From an uncultured bacterium (GTDB taxonomy: Bacteria > Actinomycetota > Acidimicrobiia > Spongiisociales > UBA5794): a stretch of DNA of 64,000 bases. A program made the position numbers and the translations under genes. The stretch is taken from contig CAWDDT010000011.1 of assembly GCA_963801165.1 (NCBI GenBank), forward strand, positions 62,383 through 126,382, given 5' to 3'. The notes below the pieces were generated by a model. That model made no database searches. It worked only from the letters and a program-made list of their open reading frames with translations, and had not been told where the DNA came from. This document shows positions 9,601 through 18,792 of this stretch, in pieces (positions within the stretch are counted from its first letter, which is position 1; the number at the start of each line of letters is the position of its first letter).

Positions 9601-10931
9601 AGGTCTGTCGGCAATGTCGGCGCCGTAGGCACAGGTACAGAGGAGCCTCCGGTGAGGGGGAACTGAGCCAGCTTGGGGTGGTACTCGCCCGCGGTGAAGT
9701 CGGTGTCGGAGCCAACGTAGAGCCCGCGGTTGGAGAGGTGCAGATCCCAGACCGCAACCCCGCGGTCCTTGCCGGGGTTCCACGACAGCGGCACGCCGTT
9801 GATGGGATCGAGCGCGCCGATCCCGGGGCGGGACACCGCCCCGGCCGCGGCGCTGTCGAACCCCAGGTAGTTGTTCAGCCACCGCTGGTGGCCCCCGACG
9901 TAAACGCTGACGTCGGAAATGGCAACGGCTGTGAGAGTGTCGCCCCCGGTCCAATCGACCCAGGTCTCGGCGACGGCCGCACCTCGCTGACCGCTCTCCC
10001 ACCTGGACGCTGAATCACACAACGACGGGTAGTGGGGACCACCGGTCGTGACGATCACGAAATAGGCACTGTCGGGTGAGTACTCGACATCACGAACGTA
10101 GGTCCAGAAACTCGACGAGCAGGCGGCACCGAACGCGTCAGTCGACCAATTGGCGAGCTGGGCCGTCGGCCCGCTCAGATCGATCACCGCCACCTGGGAA
10201 CGAGGTTGGTTGTCCACCTCGGAGAAATTGCCGACGATGGTCATCTCGGAGCCGTCCGGGCTGACCGCCAGCTCCGCCACCCAGTCGACGCTCACCCTGG
10301 GGGCGGTCGTACCGATCGTGAACGAGGGGTCAACGACGCCTGTAGTCGCATCGACGGCGGCGAGCCGGGCCCGGGGCACGCCGTTTACAGACCAGATGTC
10401 ACCGCCCATGTACAGGGTGTTGCCACTGACCTCGATATCACGAACCCTGCCCGCGGTGGTGGCGTTGAACCCGGCCACCCGCTGGCCCGTGCCGACGCTC
10501 AGCTTGGTCAGACCGAAATTCGACACCCCGTTCACGTTTGCGAACACGCCACCGACAAACACCGAGGTCCCGTCCGGAGCTGGTGCGAGCGTCTCGACCT
10601 CGCCGTCGAGCTGGGGAACGAAGTTGGTATCGATCTGACCGGTCACCGGGTCGTAGGCGAAGATGTAGTTGCGGGTCAGGTCTGCCGGGACACCGACGTT
10701 GCGTACGGTGTGGAAGGTGCCACCGACGATGACCCGGTCGCCGACGGTCACGATGGCGGTGACGTGGCCATCCATCACGTAAGGAGTGTTGTCGACCGGG
10801 TCGGCGGATACGACGATCCCCTGGTTCAGATGACTGGCCTCGACCGGGGCGACACCGATAACGCCGAATACCGTCAACGCCGTCAGCAACGCCGTAGCGA
10901 GCGCGACTGCCCTACCGCCTCTGGATGTCAT
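6690..10931 (-). CDS. Giant secreted protein: beta-propeller-like N-terminal region + repeated Ig-like domains + duplicated Cys-pair domain
   Basis: ATG at 10931 with GGAG 8 nt upstream and a signal-like MTSRGGRAVALATALLTALTVFGVIGVAPVEA. Ig-like repeats (VTVTADATDDVAVTQVEFLADGASIGVDTNGGDGWS) occur four times. A roughly 385-aa module is duplicated (DNA about 7878-9029 and 6693-7856). Confidence 0.8.
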   Translation of the reverse strand: MTSRGGRAVALATALLTALTVFGVIGVAPVEASHLNQGIVVSADPVDNTPYVMDGHVTAIVTVGDRVIVGGTFHTVRNVGVPADLTRNYIFAYDPVTGQIDTNFVPQLDGEVETLAPAPDGTSVFVGGVFANVNGVSNFGLTKLSVGTGQRVAGFNATTAGRVRDIEVSGNTLYMGGDIWSVNGVPRARLAAVDATTGVVDPSFTIGTTAPRVSVDWVAELAVSPDGSEMTIVGNFSEVDNQPRSQVAVIDLSGPTAQLANWSTDAFGAACSSSFWTYVRDVEYSPDSAYFVIVTTGGPHYPSLCDSASRWESGQRGAAVAETWVDWTGGDTLTAVAISDVSVYVGGHQRWLNNYLGFDSAAAGAVSRPGIGALDPINGVPLSWNPGKDRGVAVWDLHLSNRGLYVGSDTDFTAGEYHPKLAQFPLTGGSSVPVPTAPTLPTDLFAGDGSTLTVETFDGISAGTPATVPGNVIDWAQVNGAFYQAGRLYWTDTSGALQSRPFDGVTMGTARTEPSWFDWSGATSAAWSQGKLYYTLSGSSRLRYRYFSLESGIVGNREYVVSGDGDGLDWSSTRGMTAADGKLYYTTSSGNMYSIDLSGDIPVSGTQTLISGPAAGDGRDWANTDIFLLSIDSQPTVSLTTPGDGDAVAGNVTFSADASDDIAVDRVEFTVDGAQVGVDNDGSDGWSVDWDSTTAADGNATVAATAFDGGGQQATDSVSITVDNLGPTTTLTVPVDGATISGSLSVSATVTDDVGVAQAEFFVDGASIGVDNNGGDGWSITWDTTSASDGPATVSVVGTDSFGRTSSDQAAVTVSNNSAGVIVVVVADPTSLQAGENAMVTELEGLGYTVSEVDDGVVTAGSVTGSALVILSSTVNANLIKDKLADVPEPVWVAKPYLLDDMGMTGTAAGTDYGTLLHDTVTITEPGHPLAAGLTGDVTVTTWNRTMSFGVPGPGADVVGTTAGKPTLFVYSAGATLADGSTAAGCRLHYSIFADAPVRFSTDGWALFDNTVAYAANGCVAPPVDNPPTAAVTAPADGATVSGVVTVTADATDDVAVTQVEFLADGASIGVDTNGGDGWSADWDTTGGADGQITVTAVATDTASHTRSGSVTVTVDNQGPQVTITSPPAGATLHDTVAVVADTGSDPTVTQVEFFADGASLGVDSDGTDGWSWDWDTTTAADGPVTVSATATDTMSRTASDSVAITVDNTASGIIKMIVGDATNLATGDVAVRDRMTSDGYTVVVVDDNNATAADAVGASFVLISSSVNANLVRDMYAGVSVPVWVAKPWLLDDMGMTGPVSGTDYGSTTASVLAIVDDNHPLAGGFTGNVVAGTSNKTWSFGVPGGESTVVVTANDLPTSFVYQSGALLADGSTAAGCRLHVSAYNTSVLNWNADIWSIFDASVGYAAGGCQ

Positions 10932-11228
10932 AGAAATCTCCGTACCCCTTCTACCCCAACAAGCCTGGACCGACCGTAGCACCGGGCGCAACGAGCGTCA
11001 CACGTCTACCCCAAAACGGGTGATACTGCTGGTCAAACCAAACACACCAGCTTATGGTGCCGACGCCAACGAGTGTTGAGCTGGCTCGGAGCGGGCTATG
11101 GAATGGCATTCCGAAACCTGCTCCGACGGCTTTTCAGGGGGTCGGGAACCCGTGGGCACGGGTTTCTGGTCGTGGTTGGGGGTAGCGCCTTGCGCTCAGG
11201 TAGGAACACGTAACCAGGAGAAGCTGAA

Positions 11229-11996
11229 ATGACGACAGCCCGACACGTCCGCGTCGACCGTCGGATCGAGGCACCGACCCGGTGGGCAGACATCATGCCG
11301 ACGGTCAGCCTGATCATCCCGACGATCAACGAGGAACGAAACGTCGCAAACGTGCTGGCCCGCATCCCCGATTGGGTTCATGAGGTGATCCTCGTCGACG
11401 GTCTCTCCACCGACCGCACGGTGCCACTTGCCCGGGCGTTGCGTCCGGACGTCAAGGTCGTCATGGAGTCCAACCCCGGCAAGGGCTCAGCGCTGATCGC
11501 AGGGTTCGCGGCAGCCACCGGTGACATCATTGCCGCAATCGACGCCGACGGCTCGATGGATCCGGCCGAACTGCATAGCTTCATAGGACAGTTGGTTTCC
11601 GGTGCCGATTACGTGAAAGGCTCCCGGTTCGTCCAGGGAGGCGGAACCGTCGACATGGAGTGGCACCGCAGGCTCGGCAACTGGGGTCTGATGATGGCGG
11701 CGAAGATGCTGTTCGGCGGCAACTACTCCGACCTCTGCTACGGCTATTTCGCCTTCTGGCGCGATGCCTTGCCGCTGCTCGACCCCGATGTGCCTGGTTT
11801 CGAGATCGAGACGCAGATCAACGTGCGAGCGCTTCGGGCAAACCTCAAGATCGCTGAGGTGCCCAGCTTCGAAGAGCGCCGCCTTCACGGCGTCAGCAAT
11901 CTTCACGCATGGCGCGATGGGCTCCGTATCCTGCGCACCATCATCAGGGAGCGATTCTCCCGTCGTAAGCTTCCGCCCGTCATCGACCTGCGGTAA
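11229..11996 (+). CDS. Family 2 glycosyltransferase (polyprenol-phosphate sugar transferase-like)
   Basis: AGGAGA SD 7 nt upstream. VSLIIPTINEERNV...VILVDGLSTDRT...NPGKGSALIAGF...IDADGSMDP is a typical GT2/DPM1-like pattern. Confidence 0.85.
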   Translation: MTTARHVRVDRRIEAPTRWADIMPTVSLIIPTINEERNVANVLARIPDWVHEVILVDGLSTDRTVPLARALRPDVKVVMESNPGKGSALIAGFAAATGDIIAAIDADGSMDPAELHSFIGQLVSGADYVKGSRFVQGGGTVDMEWHRRLGNWGLMMAAKMLFGGNYSDLCYGYFAFWRDALPLLDPDVPGFEIETQINVRALRANLKIAEVPSFEERRLHGVSNLHAWRDGLRILRTIIRERFSRRKLPPVIDLR

Positions 11997-12015
11997 CCGT
12001 CTCCCGAGGACAACC

Positions 12016-12969
12016 ATGGACAGGCCAACCGTGGCACACGGTCGCTCTATCGTGGTCTGCTGCTACACCAGCGACCGCTGGGATCGGCTTTCGGCCGCTA
12101 TCGGAGCGACTGCCGATCAGATTTCTCCACCGGACGAGCTGATTGTCGTAGTCGACTACAACGAGGAGTTGCTGGCGCGCGTTCGCGCCGAGTTCGACGA
12201 CCTCGCGATTGTGGCGGCCAACCGCCATGAATCGGGCTTGTCCGGAGCTCGGAACACCGGTGTCGAGCTTGCCTCCCAACCGATCGTGCTGTTTCTCGAC
12301 GACGACGCGACACCCGCACCCGACTGGGTCGACGCGCTCGCCGCTTCGTTCTCCGATCCCACGGTCGTCGGCGTCGGGGGTAGCGCCCGGCCCGACTGGG
12401 CGGGCGGTGAGCCGCCGTGGTGGTTTCCCGAGGAGTTCTTCTGGGTGGTTGGATGCAGCTACCGCGGTTTGCCCGAGCGCCGCGCCCCGATCCGGAACCC
12501 GATCGGGTGCAACATGGCATTTCGCAAGGAAGCCATCTCACATGTGGGCGGGTTCTCGGCCGAACTAGGCCGTGTCAAGAACAAGCCGGCCGGCGCCGAA
12601 GAAACCGACCTCGCGATAAGGGTACGATCAGCGACCGGAGGAACCATCCTCTACGAACCCGATGCGGTCGTGCGGCATGCCGTCGGAGAATCACGGATGA
12701 CACTGAGCTACTTCACCAAGAGATGCTACGGCGAGGGTCGCTCCAAGGCGGTTCTGGCCCGCCGGGTCGGTGCAGGCGACGCCACGTCTTCAGAGCGCTC
12801 CTACCTGAAGACTCTGGCCACGGGAGCGGCCTCGCGCCTCGGCCGGGTCGTCAGGACACGCCGGCTCCGGCCACTTGGCCAGGTGCTCGTGCTCGCGCTC
12901 GGTCTCGCGGCCACCGGGCTTGGGTTCACCGCCGGCACGATCGCCGACTTCGTAGGCAGCCGGCGATGA
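12016..12969 (+). CDS. Family 2 glycosyltransferase
   Basis: Start at MDRPTVAHGRSIVVCCYTSDRW. Motifs GLSGARNTG and LFLDDDATPAPDW. The upstream part of the tracked ORF overlaps the previous gene in another frame. Confidence 0.85.
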   Translation: MDRPTVAHGRSIVVCCYTSDRWDRLSAAIGATADQISPPDELIVVVDYNEELLARVRAEFDDLAIVAANRHESGLSGARNTGVELASQPIVLFLDDDATPAPDWVDALAASFSDPTVVGVGGSARPDWAGGEPPWWFPEEFFWVVGCSYRGLPERRAPIRNPIGCNMAFRKEAISHVGGFSAELGRVKNKPAGAEETDLAIRVRSATGGTILYEPDAVVRHAVGESRMTLSYFTKRCYGEGRSKAVLARRVGAGDATSSERSYLKTLATGAASRLGRVVRTRRLRPLGQVLVLALGLAATGLGFTAGTIADFVGSRR

Positions 12970-14753
12970 CCACGGCAACGACGCAACTACCCGCCGCAGG
13001 CGACACCGACGCCGTCGATCGCTACGTGGTCACTGTTATCAGGCACTCACTCGTCCTGCTGGCGATCGTGGTGCTCTGGATCTGGTCGGTCAACCGTGTC
13101 GACGAGAGTGCGCTTGGTGACTACGGGCTGATCGCCATCCTTCCCATCTCGGCCTTCGTGGCGCTGGTGGCTGCGCTCGTCGGGTTCGTCGTGGCCACTC
13201 AGAGGAAACGCCCCGGCCCCCTGCTCGCCGCCCACACGATTGCCCTGGCCGTGATGCTGCACGGCATCCCCACGTTCGCCTACGACCATCTCCGCGCCTC
13301 GTGGGCGTGGAAACACATCGGCATGGTCGATTTCATCCAACGGTTCGGTGATGTCAACCCGGGTGATGGTGCGCTTGCGGTATATCACAACTGGCCGGGC
13401 TTCTTCGGGATCAACGCCTGGATCACCAACACCAGCGGGCTGAGCTCGGCTCTGTCGTACGCCGCATGGGCACCAATCGTCTTCAACCTCCTCTACATCG
13501 GCGCCCTCTACATCATGTTCCGGGCCTTCACCGCAAACCAGAGCCTCATCTGGACGGCGATCCTCATCTTCATACTCGGTTCGTGGATCGGGCAGGACTA
13601 TTTCGCTCCCCAGGCCCTCGCCTTCTTCATGTACCTGCTGCTGATGGCGATCCTGCTCCGGTGGTACTCCCGTGCTACGAGCGACGACGCCCACCTCGAG
13701 AACGACGATTTTGCGCCGGGGTCGGTGACCTCGCGCCTCATCGCCGCGGTGATGATCATGGCAATGGTGATGATCGCCTCGTCGCATCAGCTCACACCGA
13801 TCGTCACGATCGCGGCCATCGCCGCTCTCGTCATCACCCGGCAGCTCCGGGTGAAGTGGCCGCTGTGGGCGATGATCGGGATAACAATCGCCTGGTTCCT
13901 GGGACCCGCCAGGGGTTTCGTGCTCGACAACGCCAGGAACGTACTGCATGAGTTCGGGGGCGTTTCCAACAACCTCGACAGCACCGTCGTCGACTACGGG
14001 CTCACCACCAGCGCACAGCGCAACATCTCCCTTGTCAGCCGGTTGCTCAGCGCATCCATTTTCGCTCTCGCCGGTCTCGGCTTGATTCGACGGCGGGCGA
14101 TGCGGCATCGCTCCGCACAGCTGGTCGTACTGGCAGCCGTGCCCGCCGTGATGGTCTTTGCCAGCTCGTACGGCGGCGAGATCATTCTGCGCGCCTACCT
14201 GTTCGCTCTTCCCTTTGCGGCATTCCTGGCCGCGTCTCTCTGGTTCCCGCGCCGCTCCCAACACGGTCGCCTGATCTCCCCGATCGTTCTCTGTGTCGTT
14301 CTGGTGACCATCCTGCCCGCCTTCCTTCTCGCCGACTTCGGTTCCGACCGCCGCGAGGTGTTTTCCGACACTGAGATCGCGGCCTCGGACTACGTGCTCT
14401 CGAACGCCGCACCCGGCGCCCTGATCATCGAAGGAACCCGCGACTACCCCAGGCTGTACCGCAACAACGAGCAGTACACCTACCTGACCCTTTCGATGCT
14501 CCCCCAACAGGCGCTAGAGCACGTCATGTCGGATCCGGCCAATGTGCTCCACCGTTGGCTCACGGACGCGACCTCGTACAACGGCGGCTACATCATCTTC
14601 ACCGATTCGCAACGTGCTTCGGTCACCGATCTGGGAACGTCTCTCGATCCCACGCTCGCCACGATCCAACAGGCGCTGCGAGCGTCGAGTGACTTCAAGA
14701 TTGGTTACGAGTCAACCGATGCCGTCGTCTTCCAACCGGCGGGGCAGCCATGA
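12966..14753 (+). CDS. Polytopic membrane protein with C-terminal soluble domain (possible GT-C/polymerase-like glycan-assembly protein)
   Basis: ATGA start/stop overlap with the upstream GT2. Many hydrophobic helices across about 420 aa, then a roughly 170-aa hydrophilic tail. Function is inferred from context only. Confidence 0.6.
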   Translation: MTTATTQLPAAGDTDAVDRYVVTVIRHSLVLLAIVVLWIWSVNRVDESALGDYGLIAILPISAFVALVAALVGFVVATQRKRPGPLLAAHTIALAVMLHGIPTFAYDHLRASWAWKHIGMVDFIQRFGDVNPGDGALAVYHNWPGFFGINAWITNTSGLSSALSYAAWAPIVFNLLYIGALYIMFRAFTANQSLIWTAILIFILGSWIGQDYFAPQALAFFMYLLLMAILLRWYSRATSDDAHLENDDFAPGSVTSRLIAAVMIMAMVMIASSHQLTPIVTIAAIAALVITRQLRVKWPLWAMIGITIAWFLGPARGFVLDNARNVLHEFGGVSNNLDSTVVDYGLTTSAQRNISLVSRLLSASIFALAGLGLIRRRAMRHRSAQLVVLAAVPAVMVFASSYGGEIILRAYLFALPFAAFLAASLWFPRRSQHGRLISPIVLCVVLVTILPAFLLADFGSDRREVFSDTEIAASDYVLSNAAPGALIIEGTRDYPRLYRNNEQYTYLTLSMLPQQALEHVMSDPANVLHRWLTDATSYNGGYIIFTDSQRASVTDLGTSLDPTLATIQQALRASSDFKIGYESTDAVVFQPAGQP

Positions 14754-15445
14754 TCGGCCGCTTCACCGGAGACAAGCCCGGCCTCACCTGGGTCATCGTG
14801 CTCAGCGCTGTTGAGTTGCTCACTATCCTCTTCCACGCGGGTCCCCCGCTGCAACCTGCACTCGGGGTGTTGTTCGTGCTCACCTGCCCCGGTTTCCTGC
14901 TCCTAGACCTCGAGCGCCCGGCCGATCCGGCCGCTCGGATCATGATCGGAATCGGCGGATCGATCGCTGCCAACATCATCATCGTGACCCTGGTGCTCAT
15001 CACCGACGCCGGGCCCGTCGCCCCGTTCATCGCTCTCGCTCTCGTGGCCGCGGCTCTGATGCCACGCAGACGTTTCGACACCACGATCCGCTGGGCCGGG
15101 TCATTGCGAAGAAGATCTACGCCGGCGCCACAACCCGTTGCGGCTCCCGAACCGATCCAGGAGAACCGGCCGCAGCCGGAACCGCAACCGGTGCCCGAGA
15201 CGGAGCCGGGCCCAATGCCGCACCAGGACGTGCGGCCCGATCCGGGCCCGCCGCCGGTGATCGTGCTCGGCGTAGACATCAACCGTGCCGGCGTTGGACC
15301 GTTCACCGGACTTCCCGGGATCGGGCCGGATTTGGCCACCCGGATCGTCGCCCATCGTGAGCAGCACGGTCCCTTCGCCGACGTGAACGCCCTGCTCGAC
15401 GTGCTCCGTGGCATGGCCATCGAGGAGGAGGCGAGAAAAATATGA
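14750..15445 (+). CDS. Membrane protein with Pro-rich linker and C-terminal ComEA-like helix-hairpin-helix domain
   Basis: ATGA overlap upstream. About four hydrophobic segments, a PQPVAAPEPIQENRPQPEPQPVPETEP linker, then VDINRAGVGPFTGLPGIGPDLATRIVAHREQHGPFADVNALLDV (HhH pattern). Confidence 0.7.
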   Translation: MIGRFTGDKPGLTWVIVLSAVELLTILFHAGPPLQPALGVLFVLTCPGFLLLDLERPADPAARIMIGIGGSIAANIIIVTLVLITDAGPVAPFIALALVAAALMPRRRFDTTIRWAGSLRRRSTPAPQPVAAPEPIQENRPQPEPQPVPETEPGPMPHQDVRPDPGPPPVIVLGVDINRAGVGPFTGLPGIGPDLATRIVAHREQHGPFADVNALLDVLRGMAIEEEARKI

Positions 15446-16356
15446 CCGAGACGATCTCCGTTTCGGCGGTCATCCCGACCCGCAACCGCCCCGAGCTGCT
15501 GCGAAGGGCAATCGAGGCGATCCTGCACCAGGAAGGGGACAACGTTCACGAGGTCGTCGTTGTCTTCGATCAGTCGGATCCCGACGAGTCGCTGCAGGAT
15601 CTGTCGCCGAACATCCCGATCCGGGCAGTACCGAACACCAACACCCCCGGTCTCGCCGGTGCCCGCAATACGGGAATCGACACCGCCACCGGAGAGTGGA
15701 TCGCGTTCTGCGACGACGATGACGTCTGGCTACCCGACAAGCTGGTTCGGCAATGTCGGGCCTTAGCGATCCATCAGGAAACCCTGTTTGCGGTCGGCAG
15801 CGTGATCATCACATATGGCGACAAGCGCGTCCATCGCCAGTCGGAGCTGCAGACCATCGAGGTCGGCGATCTGCTGCGCGACCGGATCATGGAGGCGCAT
15901 CCCTCGACGTATCTGACGCGTCGTGCCGCTATCGAGCAGTGGGGGCCCGTAGACGAGGCGCTCCCCGGCGGATATGCCGAAGACTACGACTGGCTCCTGC
16001 GCGCCGCCCGGGTGCGGCCCGTCCTGGTCGTTCCGGAAGCCGTTACCGAGGTGGAATGGCACCCTGACTCCTACTTCGGCAACCGTTGGGCAACGATCGA
16101 CTCTGCCCTCGAGTTCTTCGTGGACAAAACACCGGAGTTCGCCAACGAGCCGCGCGGGCTCGCCCGTATTGTGGGGCAACGGGCATTTGCCCAAGCTGCC
16201 ATGGGCCAGACCCGGCGTGCCCTCAGCAGCGCCTGGCAGACCTTCCGGCTCGACTGGCGCCAGCCCCGGGCGTACATCGTTCCCGTCGTCGCCAGCCGAA
16301 TCGTCAGCGCCGACCGGCTCGTCAAGTGGGCGAACGCAACCGGGCGCGGCTTCTAG
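15442..16356 (+). CDS. Family 2 glycosyltransferase
   Basis: ATGA overlap upstream. VSAVIPTRNRPELL...GLAGARNTGIDTATGEWIAFCDDDDVWLPDKL. Confidence 0.85.
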   Translation: MTETISVSAVIPTRNRPELLRRAIEAILHQEGDNVHEVVVVFDQSDPDESLQDLSPNIPIRAVPNTNTPGLAGARNTGIDTATGEWIAFCDDDDVWLPDKLVRQCRALAIHQETLFAVGSVIITYGDKRVHRQSELQTIEVGDLLRDRIMEAHPSTYLTRRAAIEQWGPVDEALPGGYAEDYDWLLRAARVRPVLVVPEAVTEVEWHPDSYFGNRWATIDSALEFFVDKTPEFANEPRGLARIVGQRAFAQAAMGQTRRALSSAWQTFRLDWRQPRAYIVPVVASRIVSADRLVKWANATGRGF

Positions 16357-16372
16357 TGCTGCTGCTGCACCC

Positions 16373-17926
16373 ATGATCGCCGAGGAGTCGCGCAAAGAGA
16401 ACAGCGCCGATGCGGCCCACCTGGCCAGAGGGAGCTCCCTCAGCCTCTTCGGAGGCGTAGCCGGGGCGGTGCTGGCGACTGCGATGATCCTCGTCGTGAC
16501 CTGGGGTTTGGGCGCCGATGAGGGGGGTGCCTTCTTCGAGGTGATCGCCCTGTTCAACATCGCCATCGTTGCCGTTGCCATCGGTTCCGACACAGGTCTG
16601 GTGCGTTTCACGGCTCGCTCGCTCGCTCTCGACGACGGGGCCAAACAAAACCGGCTTCTCCTGGTGGGGCTGGTGCCGGTCCTAACCATCGGGGTGATGG
16701 TGACCGTGGCCGGGCTGCTTCTCGCCCCCGCACTGGGACGATCGCTCGGCGGCGAGAGCCACGTAGCCGAGGTCACAAGCATGATCCGGGCCCTCGCCGT
16801 GTTCATCCCCATCGGCGCACTGAACCTGGCGGTGCTCGGTACTACCCGCGGCTACGGAACGATGTTGCCCACCGTCGCTGCGGAACGGGCCGGTCGTCCT
16901 GCGGTGCAGCTTGCTCTTGTCGGTGCGGCGGTTGTCCTGGGAGTGTCGGCGACCTGGCTGGCGACAGCCTGGGCCGTCGGATTCGTGCTGTCGTTGCTGA
17001 CCGCGGTGCTCTGGCTGGGACGGCTCAGGAGACGTCACGAGACAGGTCGACCCGCGACAAACCAACCGCTACGGGAAACCATTCGGGAGTTCTGGTCATT
17101 CACGCTGCCCCGTGCCCTCGCTTCGATCTTCCGGGTGGGTGTGCTCTGGCTGGACGTGGTGCTCGTGGGGGCTCTGATGTCGACCCGTGACGTCGCCATC
17201 TACACCGTCGCCACCAGGATCGTGCAGGCGGGCTATCTGGCATCAGATGCGATCGGCCAGGCCGTGGAACCGATGTTCTCTTCGCTGCTCGCCCGCGGAC
17301 ACGCCGACCGCACCCACAACGTGTATCAGGTCGCCACCGCATGGCTGATATCTCTGACCTGGCCCCTCTTCCTGGCTGCGCTAATCTTCGCTCCGACCAT
17401 TCTCGGGCTGTTTGGTTCCGATTTCGCGACCTCCACCTCCGTGGTCACGATCCTGTCGCTCTCCGCTCTGATTGGTTGCGGGTTCGGCTCGATCGACATC
17501 CTCCTCGTCATGGCGGGCAAGAGCGTGTGGAGCTTGTGGAATTCGGCGGCGTCGCTGGCAACGAATCTCGGCCTCAATCTGATCCTGATCCCGACGATGG
17601 GGCTGAACGGGGCGGCATTGGCGTGGGCGATAAGCCGCATCATCTCCAACTTCCTCCCCTTCATAGAGATGCATCGGCTGCTGGGGATCAACCCGCTTGG
17701 CCGTCGTTGGGCCGCGGCCGCGGGTGCTTCGGTACTGGCCTTTGCGGTGGTCGGCATCACCATGCGTCTCACCCTCGGCGACGGCCTCGGCGTCTTTCTC
17801 TCATACACAGTGATTGCCCTGGCCGTATATGGCGGCACGATCTGGAAGCTGCGCGACCACCTGGAGTTGGCTGCATTCACGGGGCTGGTGGGGACACGGT
17901 TCAAGAGGACCAGGAGCCCGGCGTGA
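16373..17926 (+). CDS. MOP/Wzx-type polysaccharide flippase
   Basis: ATG at 16373 (MIAEESRKEN...). Roughly 12-14 hydrophobic helices across 517 aa with the typical layout of a polysaccharide biosynthesis protein. Confidence 0.75.
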   Translation: MIAEESRKENSADAAHLARGSSLSLFGGVAGAVLATAMILVVTWGLGADEGGAFFEVIALFNIAIVAVAIGSDTGLVRFTARSLALDDGAKQNRLLLVGLVPVLTIGVMVTVAGLLLAPALGRSLGGESHVAEVTSMIRALAVFIPIGALNLAVLGTTRGYGTMLPTVAAERAGRPAVQLALVGAAVVLGVSATWLATAWAVGFVLSLLTAVLWLGRLRRRHETGRPATNQPLRETIREFWSFTLPRALASIFRVGVLWLDVVLVGALMSTRDVAIYTVATRIVQAGYLASDAIGQAVEPMFSSLLARGHADRTHNVYQVATAWLISLTWPLFLAALIFAPTILGLFGSDFATSTSVVTILSLSALIGCGFGSIDILLVMAGKSVWSLWNSAASLATNLGLNLILIPTMGLNGAALAWAISRIISNFLPFIEMHRLLGINPLGRRWAAAAGASVLAFAVVGITMRLTLGDGLGVFLSYTVIALAVYGGTIWKLRDHLELAAFTGLVGTRFKRTRSPA

Positions 17927-18792
17927 ACAAGAACTCCCGGATCCGCCGGACCCTTCGCCCGATCGCCTGGGATACCCTGTCTGCATTGCTGCGACCAACC
18001 ACGAGTTGGCGGGTCCTGCCCGATTACCTGATCGTCGGCACCCAGCGGGGCGGGACGACCTCACTCCAGAACGCGCTCGTGGCCCATCCGAACATTGCCT
18101 CGGCGCGCCTCAGGAAGGGCGTCCACTATTTCGACACGGCATACGACCGCGGGCCGGGCTGGTACCGGTTGCAGTTCCCCACCCGGGCATACACCCGGCT
18201 GGTGGAGAAACGAACCGGTGACCCTCTCCTGATCGGCGAGGCCAGCCCCTACTACATGTTCCACCCGCTCGCACCAGAGCGTATCGCCCGCGATGTGCCC
18301 GGCGTCAAGCTGATCGTCATGCTGCGCGATCCGGTGGAGCGCGCAATCTCGCACCACAAACACGAGGTGCGGCGGGGCAACGAGCCGCTCGATCTCGAAA
18401 TGGCTATCGAAGCGGAACCGGCTCGCCTGGCGGGGGAGAAGGAACGCATCAAGCGGGACCAGCCCGGCTACAACAGCTTCGCTCACCAGACCTTCTCCTA
18501 TGTCGAGCGCGGGCTCTATGCCGACCAGGTCGCCAATCTGTTCAACAGGTTCGGCCGCGACCGGGTCCTTGTTCTCTCGAGTGAGCATGTTTTTGCCGAA
18601 CCGGAGGATGCACTGCGCACTGTCCTCGCGTTCCTCGACGTCCCCGGCGCTGCTCCCGGCGAGTTTCCCCACATGAACCCAACACCCGACACGACGGTCC
18701 CGGAAACCACCCGCCTGCACCTCCGCGACGTTTTCGCCGACAGCAACGAGCGCCTGTTCTCACTGCTCGGGGAGAGATTCCCGTGGCAATGA
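17923..18792 (+). CDS. Sulfotransferase (PAPS-dependent family)
   Basis: GTGA overlap with the flippase stop. 5'-PSB-like LIVGTQRGGTTSLQNAL and 3'-PB-like MLRDPVERAISHH. Confidence 0.8.
   Translation: MNKNSRIRRTLRPIAWDTLSALLRPTTSWRVLPDYLIVGTQRGGTTSLQNALVAHPNIASARLRKGVHYFDTAYDRGPGWYRLQFPTRAYTRLVEKRTGDPLLIGEASPYYMFHPLAPERIARDVPGVKLIVMLRDPVERAISHHKHEVRRGNEPLDLEMAIEAEPARLAGEKERIKRDQPGYNSFAHQTFSYVERGLYADQVANLFNRFGRDRVLVLSSEHVFAEPEDALRTVLAFLDVPGAAPGEFPHMNPTPDTTVPETTRLHLRDVFADSNERLFSLLGERFPWQ

Noticed and set aside
13047-14507. 486-aa minus-strand ORF.
   Set aside because: It is antisense to the polytopic membrane protein. The composition is highly charged (E/D/R/G) and it has no start context.
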